A stretch of 64,000 bases of DNA from a virus. The translations under genes were made by a program, and so were the position numbers. The notes below the pieces were generated by a model. The model did no database searches, was not told the DNA's origin, and was given only the letters and a program-made list of their open reading frames with translations. Shown here one piece after another: positions 57,087 through 64,000 of the stretch (positions are counted from its first letter, which is position 1; each line of letters starts with the position of its first letter). Location of the stretch: positions 6,868 through 70,867 of the IMG/VR virus record IMGVR_UViG_3300036985_003583, one strand, 5' to 3'.

Positions 57087-58568
57087 TTAAATAAAATATG
57101 ATCCAGAAATAACATGAGCCACATTAGCAGTATCATTTGTGCAATACCACGAGGCCGTTGCTGCTGCCGCTGCTGCTGTTATTCTCCCAATATTAGTTGC
57201 AGAAGAAATAACGCCGTTAATATTGGTTGTTTTAGCTGCTATTGGTAGAGTAAAAGTTACAGTACTCGCAGTTGGGCCAGCCGCTGTTACGTCAATTGTT
57301 GCGTTAAATTCAAAGTGACAGATGCCATTTGCAACTCTATATTTTGCGCCGCTTGCTGTGCCTACCGCTGCAACGTTTGTGCCGGCTGTAATTGCCGGAA
57401 GCCATGTTGTAGCAGGGTCATTCTGACTTGGAAATTGAGCCAAAGCATTTGTTACTGTGCCATGTAGTTTATTTGTAGACGAATCCTGCCAAGTTCCTTC
57501 GCCAATCCCCTCCGGCTCAAGGCCTAGGACGCAGCCGAGTGGAATTAGTTTAGAAGCATTTGTCCATTTTGTTGGTGTCGTTGCAATACAAGTCCACTCT
57601 GCCCCGTCTACGTTAGCAGATGCTCCGGTGCTTGAAACATTTGTAAAATCATCGTCAGTTATCCAGTCTACTGTACGGTATCTTTTGCCTATTGTTAAAG
57701 TGCCAGATGTTTGTTGAGTCATCGACCCGCCAACATCCTCCCAGTCCAACTTAGCACCTGCGCTGTAGCGTTGTACTTTTGTAAATGCAGCATAATTTAA
57801 TAGACCTGCTCTATAGATATGTCCTACAATATTCACATTAGCTGCCGGGTATCCTGTAGTAAAAACAGGAGTACCTGATATATCTGTAGCAGCTAATCCC
57901 GGAAATGTGCCGAGAACACCGTTTAAATATGGGTATATTACGCCATTTTGCCTAATTACTATTATGGAGGCATATTGTTCTACAGGTACTGTAATGCTCG
58001 TAGATGCAGTGCTTCCACCCAATTGCACTCTTAATACGGAGGTGTTAGTTACTTGCAAAGCAACGCCGTTGGCACCTGCGAAATTTTGAAGTAAGTAGCG
58101 AGTATCCACGCTTTGTTGCGTTATCATTCCTTCCCAAATCATAGTAAAATCGCCTAGTCCTAATGCAAGATTAGCACTTGCTAACGTGCTGACGTAGCTC
58201 GACCCATTAAGATAATAACTCGGCTTATCCGCTGCGGCGTCCTGAATGTTCTGTAAGTCTGCAAATGTGCCTGACCTATCTTGATGCTTAACTACCCTGT
58301 CTGCTGTTAAAGTCTCATTCTGTACAGTAGCGCCATAGGTATCTGCTGTTAGATTCTTGACTTTTATTTTGTCGCCAAATGTTTGTAGACCAGCTAGTGT
58401 CTGAGTCTCTGTTATCTGTGCTACAGTTACACTTGCTGCTGTTACAGCTGGCAGGATAAATGTTTTATCCCCACCAAATGTTGCGTTCTCTACAGTAGCA
58501 GCGTATGTATCTGCTGATGTATTTTTTACTTTCAATTTGCTTTTCACAAAAAACGGTGATGTTGCCAT
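57087..58568 (-). CDS. Tail fibre / receptor-binding protein with a LamG-like domain
   Basis: LGLGDFTM.W...IIVIRQNGVIYPYLNG; WQDSSTNKLHGTV; duplicated N-terminal KxKVKNxxADTY motif; C-terminal AKYRVANG..FTLPIA. Confidence 0.7.
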   Translation of the reverse strand: MATSPFFVKSKLKVKNTSADTYAATVENATFGGDKTFILPAVTAASVTVAQITETQTLAGLQTFGDKIKVKNLTADTYGATVQNETLTADRVVKHQDRSGTFADLQNIQDAAADKPSYYLNGSSYVSTLASANLALGLGDFTMIWEGMITQQSVDTRYLLQNFAGANGVALQVTNTSVLRVQLGGSTASTSITVPVEQYASIIVIRQNGVIYPYLNGVLGTFPGLAATDISGTPVFTTGYPAANVNIVGHIYRAGLLNYAAFTKVQRYSAGAKLDWEDVGGSMTQQTSGTLTIGKRYRTVDWITDDDFTNVSSTGASANVDGAEWTCIATTPTKWTNASKLIPLGCVLGLEPEGIGEGTWQDSSTNKLHGTVTNALAQFPSQNDPATTWLPAITAGTNVAAVGTASGAKYRVANGICHFEFNATIDVTAAGPTASTVTFTLPIAAKTTNINGVISSATNIGRITAAAAAATASWYCTNDTANVAHVISGSYFI

Positions 58569-58592
58569 AACTATTCCTTCACTATCAGAATA

Positions 58593-60299
58593 TTAATAAA
58601 TAAACCCATCTGCTCTTGTCTTATAAGTCCCGGTTATTCCTGTAACTGTAACTATTCCAGTAGCGTCCGCTATAGTAATAGTTGCACCTAAATCAGTTCC
58701 AGCTAAAGATATAATAGAAGCCCTCCATGTTATATTGTCAATTTCAGCTTCTATTTGTATCTTCTCTCCATTAACTGTTCCAGACCTATTAAGGTTGACT
58801 AGTAGAGAATACCCTTGACAGGCTACTCCTGCTGTCGCGACTGTTGGAGGAGTAAATACTACATCAGCACCGCCTGTTAATACTCCACTTGCCCACTGAT
58901 GGCCTACACAAACCCACCCACAAGTCCTATAAGTCTCATGCATATTTAGCTGAGTGTTAAACCTTATCATACCAATAGTTGCTGTTTCTGCAGGGCGAGC
59001 TGTGCCTCCTGGCCTATTCGCCGTGTCACCGTAAGCGAGGATCTGGGCATTTGCTCCATCATATCTAAGCGCGCCAAGCTCATCAAACCCAACCAATGCG
59101 TACTTCTTTGCAACATTAGCATGAATTATAGCAAGCTCAGCCTCAGTTGTAGCAGATTCTGTGAGGTTAAATCCCCCAGCTCCGTCTGCCTGTGACACAA
59201 TAACCTTGCCCGCACTTGTGGCTTCTAGAGCAAGTAACTGATGCTGTGTAAGGGTATTCCTGTTGCTTAACGTCTGATGATTTGATGGAGAAACAGCGGC
59301 AGCAATTGTAGTCTTTGCACTACCTATAATTGTTGTCACAGTTTCTATTGCCGTACGCCCGTTACCAGCCGTGGAGTCGCATTTTAATGTTACTTGCGCA
59401 AAGACAAATATCTCAGCCAAGTCTGTTAATAATGTGCCTAAACTCATCTGAGCAAAAGTCTCAGACAATGCAGTACCGCTTGAGGTCGGAAATGTCTGTC
59501 CAGGTATGATTATGTACCTAAACAATCCAGCAGTTCCGTTTGGTACAGCGCATACCCACATATTTAGTCTATTAGAAGTTCCTGTTGCAGGAGCTGTTGT
59601 CCATCCTGTCCCGCCTCCAGCATCGTAATTTCGTCTCATGAGTAAACTTGGTGCCGTTCTCAAAAATGGGACAGTATGAGTAGTCAACCAAGTCCATGTT
59701 CCAGCGACTCCAGAGCGTTGTAAAATGGTGTAAGGGCCGCCATCTGCCAACGCGCTTAAAGTGTGATGTAAATCCTCGTCATCCAAAACGCCTTGAGGAA
59801 TGCTGTATGTTAAATCAGCATCAGTAATTCCTGCTCCCGTTGTTATTGCGTAGTCAGCAAGCACCACTGGCGCACTTAGCGTTGCGCCAATTTTCTCGTG
59901 AAGTTCTTGATGAGTTTGCCATTGCATTAGGTCATGGCATTCTTTAACGAAGAACCCTGCTGGGGTCTGTGTTGTATTATAAATAACTTTTGCTACTTGT
60001 ACCTTGTCAAAAGTCCATACCGTTCCTGCCCATACAAAATTTCCACCAGTAAACGTCATCCAGTAACTGCCTGTTGCGTTTGTGTGTGCTGTTGTAATAA
60101 ACGGGGCTAAGTTAGTCGCAGGTATAGAGTACAGCCTTCTATTTTCAGCTATTTCTATTACTCCCGTAGAGCTGTACATGGTTATTTTTTGAGTAGTGTC
60201 GTCATATGACATCGTGATAGTGCCTGGCGCGACAAACCCACTAGGGTCTTTCATCATTGATGCAAGTTTATAGTCTATTGATTGTGTAATGCTTCCCAT
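58593..60299 (-). CDS. Tail fibre/spike-like structural protein
   Basis: Thr/Gly/Ala-rich; GDTANRP...GMIRFNTQLNMHETY fibre motif. Confidence 0.65.
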   Translation of the reverse strand: MGSITQSIDYKLASMMKDPSGFVAPGTITMSYDDTTQKITMYSSTGVIEIAENRRLYSIPATNLAPFITTAHTNATGSYWMTFTGGNFVWAGTVWTFDKVQVAKVIYNTTQTPAGFFVKECHDLMQWQTHQELHEKIGATLSAPVVLADYAITTGAGITDADLTYSIPQGVLDDEDLHHTLSALADGGPYTILQRSGVAGTWTWLTTHTVPFLRTAPSLLMRRNYDAGGGTGWTTAPATGTSNRLNMWVCAVPNGTAGLFRYIIIPGQTFPTSSGTALSETFAQMSLGTLLTDLAEIFVFAQVTLKCDSTAGNGRTAIETVTTIIGSAKTTIAAAVSPSNHQTLSNRNTLTQHQLLALEATSAGKVIVSQADGAGGFNLTESATTEAELAIIHANVAKKYALVGFDELGALRYDGANAQILAYGDTANRPGGTARPAETATIGMIRFNTQLNMHETYRTCGWVCVGHQWASGVLTGGADVVFTPPTVATAGVACQGYSLLVNLNRSGTVNGEKIQIEAEIDNITWRASIISLAGTDLGATITIADATGIVTVTGITGTYKTRADGFIY

Positions 60300-60312
60300 A
60301 ATTCATCTCTCC

Positions 60313-61443
60313 TTAAACAAACGAACATACAGAAAGTTTACCGGTAATCACATTTTCATCGCTAGTTACGCTTATTCTTGTAGTAGCAATAAGCATCTTA
60401 TCCAATTCTGCAGCTCCCCCAGGAGGTATCTGACAGAATATTGTCTCTGTACCTGCTGCGCCGTTGGCTAATTGTAGCCAGCTTCCCGTTGTATTTGCAA
60501 ACTGCCATCTCACAGCTTTATTTGTTATTGCCGCAATTACTGTAGTGTAAAGAGTTGCTACGATTGCTGTTGCTGCAAAATTATGTAGAACTGCTGTATT
60601 AGCCCTAACATATTCCGGCTTAGCCGCCGCCGCAACTGCAACCGCTACTGCATTTACTGCTGTCGTAGTCAAATCAACTGCTGTAGTGGTTAAGTCTATT
60701 GCAGTAGTCAATGTAGTCAAATCTGCTGCAGCTACCCTTAGTGCTCCAGCAACATCCACCAATAATTCTCTGTGTAGGTTCACCCCATCCCAGCCAGCAA
60801 CGGTAGATAGTGTGTGGAGGGACTTTGCGATAACTCCATAAGTTTTCTGTGCTACTGCAAGTGCTTCAGCATTAATAAAGTCGGCACCGTCTGACAATCT
60901 ACTCGATATAGGAGTTCCAGCAGCTTCGTGGCGCGTAGCTAATACCGTTCGTAATGTCTCAGCTGTCGCTGCTCCGGTATTTCTATCAAAGTCCGTTATC
61001 TGCTGATTTAATGCATCTAAAGTTATTTCCGTTGCCGCTCCTGCTGGAACAACACTGCCGGAAATACCCATAATGTCTGAGCTACAGAAAGATCTAAATA
61101 CTTTAGACACGTACAATGAGCCGCCAGCTCCGGGAAGAATCTTTAATCTTGCTATTGGAGATATTGGAGTTGTCGTTGAAGCTAGTTTAAACAGAAAAGT
61201 TCCAGCAGCAGTAATGGTATCAGCTGTAAACTCTGTAACCGTTGTGTAAGAAACTCCGGCGTTGAAGCTTTCTTCCAAAGTTATCGCTGCATTTGCTACT
61301 GCCCAGACACCGACAACCACGCCGCCTCTGAGAAAGGAAGCGTCAGTTCCACTCATTGCTCCGAGAGGAATATAAAGTGGAGCTAGGTCTGTACAAAGCC
61401 TTTGATAATTTTCTTTTGGAATATCTATTAGGGAATATGACAT
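60313..61443 (-). CDS. Structural protein (fibre-like)
   Basis: GAATEITL motif, helical repeat (AIDLTTTAVDLTTTA), beta-rich ends. Confidence 0.55.
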   Translation of the reverse strand: MSYSLIDIPKENYQRLCTDLAPLYIPLGAMSGTDASFLRGGVVVGVWAVANAAITLEESFNAGVSYTTVTEFTADTITAAGTFLFKLASTTTPISPIARLKILPGAGGSLYVSKVFRSFCSSDIMGISGSVVPAGAATEITLDALNQQITDFDRNTGAATAETLRTVLATRHEAAGTPISSRLSDGADFINAEALAVAQKTYGVIAKSLHTLSTVAGWDGVNLHRELLVDVAGALRVAAADLTTLTTAIDLTTTAVDLTTTAVNAVAVAVAAAAKPEYVRANTAVLHNFAATAIVATLYTTVIAAITNKAVRWQFANTTGSWLQLANGAAGTETIFCQIPPGGAAELDKMLIATTRISVTSDENVITGKLSVCSFV

Positions 61444-61445
61444 CG

Positions 61446-61877
61446 TTATCTCCCCTTCGTTGTACGATATATTTTACTAAAATTAGCTCCAGCGCCTGCT
61501 GCAGCTACAAACTTTAACCGCATAAAGGGCATCAAGCATTCATCTGCTGAAGGGAATACGGAGATTGTGGAGTAAACTGACAAAGGAACTCCGGCTGTTC
61601 CGCCTGCAATGCCGATATTAATTGCTGCGCCGACATCTTCCCATGCGGAATCGGGAGCGTCAGGCATTGTAGCCTGTTGCAAAGTCATCGCCACATCGGT
61701 AATAAGCGCGCCATATTTGGTGCCGCTTAACGTCAGGAAGATTCCGTCGTTACTATCCCACATAGTTAGCGAAAATCCCTTGGAATAACTCGTAGACGAG
61801 GGCAGAATTACGAGATGATTATCTCCCGCATAGGAATCGCTGCCTAAAAGTGAATAATTGGTAAAAGCTGCACTCAT
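61446..61877 (-). CDS. Small structural beta-sandwich-like protein
   Basis: Resembles the N-terminal domain of the next gene. Confidence 0.5.
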   Translation of the reverse strand: MSAAFTNYSLLGSDSYAGDNHLVILPSSTSYSKGFSLTMWDSNDGIFLTLSGTKYGALITDVAMTLQQATMPDAPDSAWEDVGAAINIGIAGGTAGVPLSVYSTISVFPSADECLMPFMRLKFVAAAGAGANFSKIYRTTKGR

Positions 61878-61885
61878 TATACTGT

Positions 61886-62374
61886 TTACTCCTTTAACTT
61901 TCGTAATTCTGCTTCCAGAGCATCGTTAGACTTAGCTACGAGGTGCTTTGGCAAATGATTGGTAACTTTTATCGTGTTTGAGATGCGTTGCTGCTTGGTC
62001 ATATCGGTTCTAAGCAACAATTCTGCAGCTTTTAGCCTAACCATAGCTAGTTTTGGGTCAGTTCCTTCTTCAGGACTGAGTAAGTCAATGACAGTATCGG
62101 CGGCGGCGTCCTTTGCCTTCTGTATCTTTAGAAGAAACGAGTCTGGGAGGAACAGCCAAGTATAGAAATCTCGGTTCTTGCACCATTTTGCTACCTTTTC
62201 CATGGAAAAAGGAGCTATAAACGGCTCAAGCGACTCAATTTGAGCATAAGTTAGCTTACCTATTACCTGTGGAGATATCCTTTCATGAAGCAATATCTTC
62301 AATGCATTCTGTTCATCAGTAGGTACGAAGGCTATTAATGAACTTGCCTCCAGTATATTTAGGTCATTCGCCAT
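61886..62374 (-). CDS. Possible terminase small subunit
   Basis: VAKWCKNRDF...AADTVIDLL...VRLKAAELLL pattern of HTH/TerS-like proteins; adjacent to terL. Confidence 0.45.
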   Translation of the reverse strand: MANDLNILEASSLIAFVPTDEQNALKILLHERISPQVIGKLTYAQIESLEPFIAPFSMEKVAKWCKNRDFYTWLFLPDSFLLKIQKAKDAAADTVIDLLSPEEGTDPKLAMVRLKAAELLLRTDMTKQQRISNTIKVTNHLPKHLVAKSNDALEAELRKLKE

Positions 62375-62481
62375 ATTTGTAAATTCCTCGGAAACATAAT
62401 ACGTTTATCTGTAACGCTATCATACCACGAGAAGACAGGAAATGGCTATCAGACGACAATCAGACAGCAGTGAGAGAGTTA

Positions 62482-64000
62482 ATGGCTATAGATGAAGATA
62501 AAATTAGGTTAATTGAAGAAATACAGGCAGAAAAATTGAGACAACGTACTCGAGTTCTGCTTACTTTCATTCCAGGACAGCCGGATGCGGTTCCGTTTCA
62601 GGAACAGATTGACTTTTTTAAAGATAAAAGCCTGTCAAAGATAATTCGTGCTGGTAACCGTGCTGCTAAAACCTTTACAACCATGCGAGACTTAGCATTT
62701 AAAGTTACAAGGACGCATTGGTATAGACAAGACTACAACGTATTCCACATAAAAGACCGGAAATGGGCTGAGAAAATAGATACAGATGAGTTTGAACATC
62801 GCTATCTCCGAACAAAGCCAGAAATGTTCTGGTTAGTCGGCCCTACATATGAATTTGTTAACACCGTATTATGGGATAAGTATCTTGCTAAGATGATACC
62901 AGATTGGTTTATCTCTGAGATAAAGTATACAAATCAAAAGAATCTTGAATCCGTAATATTTAAAAATGGTGACGTAATAAAGTGTAAAACTTATTCACAG
63001 CAAGACACAACTAAGATGGGTTTCGTTGTAAATGGTGTTTACGTCGATGAAATGCCGAACGATGCAAAGACAATTACAGAGTTAGTTGTGCGTACCTTCG
63101 ATTGTGATGGTCAAATCACTTTAGGATTTACGCCGCTAGTGGAGAATCAGGAAGTAAAGGAGTACATAGACAATTCCTGCGCGTCGGGAGTCATGTCTTT
63201 ACATTCATGGACGATATTCCAGAACCCCCATTATGCTAAAAACCCTGAAAGAATGCGAAGAGTTTTGGCAGAATATGCCAACTTAACGGAAAACGAACGC
63301 AACGCCCGTTTAAGCGGTGCGTGGTATTTTAACAAGCCGGATAAGCCCGTATTCGAAGGTCTGGAGCTTGAAGTTGTAGAAGACTTCCATATACCCAACG
63401 ATTGGCGGCAAGTACGCTACACGGATCCCGCAAGCCACGTTACTGGCCATGCAATATTTGCCGAGGATCCTTCTGACGGAACATGGTTTCTGACAAAAGG
63501 CGTAGAATTCTCTTGGGGTCACATCGTAAAGGCTAGTGACATTATAGAGCAAATAGAGGCTCTGAAGCCTCACAGGGATTTTCGTTACCACCAAAGCGTC
63601 TATGATAATGCCGAAGCGTGGTTCGGCGCTGAATCCCGTTCTATAGGGTACGAGCCTTGTATCTTGAAAAACCGTGAAGCTGCAATCATGATGACTCGAA
63701 CCATTGTCGCGGAAAAGAGAGTAAAAGTATTTAAAATCGGAGGTGCGTTAGCGATAACTCAGTTCGATAAATACCATTACAACAAAGACGGCATAAAGGT
63801 CGTTAAAAAGAAAGATCATGTTTTGGACTGCCTCATGTACTTCTGCAGGCAAATACCGAAGCCATTGATTGATCCTTCCAAGCAAAAGACGCAAGCTCAA
63901 GAGATGATGGATGCAATAATAGCTAGGACGGAAGCTCCGCCAAGGCCAAACTTGAACCCTTATAAAAATAGAGTGTTCTCGAGTAATCCGATGGTAAAAA
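62482..64000 (+). CDS. terL: Terminase large subunit (runs off the window; absent from the ORF track)
   Basis: Manual translation: PFQEQ, Walker A RAGNRAAKT, WLVGPTY, Walker B VYVDE, coupling motif GFTP, NPH, ARLSGAW, nuclease TDPASHVTG and KKDHVLDCLMY. Confidence 0.92.
   Translation, partial: MAIDEDKIRLIEEIQAEKLRQRTRVLLTFIPGQPDAVPFQEQIDFFKDKSLSKIIRAGNRAAKTFTTMRDLAFKVTRTHWYRQDYNVFHIKDRKWAEKIDTDEFEHRYLRTKPEMFWLVGPTYEFVNTVLWDKYLAKMIPDWFISEIKYTNQKNLESVIFKNGDVIKCKTYSQQDTTKMGFVVNGVYVDEMPNDAKTITELVVRTFDCDGQITLGFTPLVENQEVKEYIDNSCASGVMSLHSWTIFQNPHYAKNPERMRRVLAEYANLTENERNARLSGAWYFNKPDKPVFEGLELEVVEDFHIPNDWRQVRYTDPASHVTGHAIFAEDPSDGTWFLTKGVEFSWGHIVKASDIIEQIEALKPHRDFRYHQSVYDNAEAWFGAESRSIGYEPCILKNREAAIMMTRTIVAEKRVKVFKIGGALAITQFDKYHYNKDGIKVVKKKDHVLDCLMYFCRQIPKPLIDPSKQKTQAQEMMDAIIARTEAPPRPNLNPYKNRVFSSNPMVK

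Noticed and set aside
63310-63594. 94-aa minus-strand ORF, and the many other short ORFs antisense to long genes
   Set aside because: They lie antisense within well-supported genes (here terL).
1-64000. Stop-codon reassignment, or a diversity-generating retroelement/retron
   Set aside because: Core genes are full length in the standard code and end in TAA, TAG and TGA. No reverse transcriptase motifs or adenine-variant template/variable repeat pair were seen.

Overview
This window is most of a tailed dsDNA bacteriophage genome with podovirus-like gene content (no tape-measure or sheath gene recognised). It reads in the standard genetic code. No integrase, reverse transcriptase, CRISPR array, rRNA or intact tRNA was recognised. 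Layout: (1) 1-25750, mostly + strand: 3' end of the probable major capsid gene, adaptor, a very large nozzle-like protein and internal/ejection proteins, interrupted by opposite-strand rha and permuted NlpC/P60 genes. (2) 25747-49693, minus strand: SNF2-like helicase, PD-(D/E)XK nuclease, SSBs, family A DNA polymerase, SF3 helicase, RuvC-like resolvase, a tandem HU/IHF-like protein and many small ORFs, with a repeat-rich, largely non-coding control region at about 45.9-48.3 kb. (3) 50-62.4 kb: lysis and tail-fibre genes. (4) A large terminase from 62482 running off the window, which is missing from the ORF track. Most notable observations: both HNH endonuclease genes end in a diverged or recoded copy of the 3' end of the gene directly upstream; the palindrome inside the rha coding sequence has orphan look-alikes just past its stop codon; polymerase, SSB and nuclease share an xLDxL-hydrophobic C-terminal tail; and there is an all-GGG glycine repeat and an apparent ATT-start gene. 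All product calls come from motif recognition by eye; no database searches were run.
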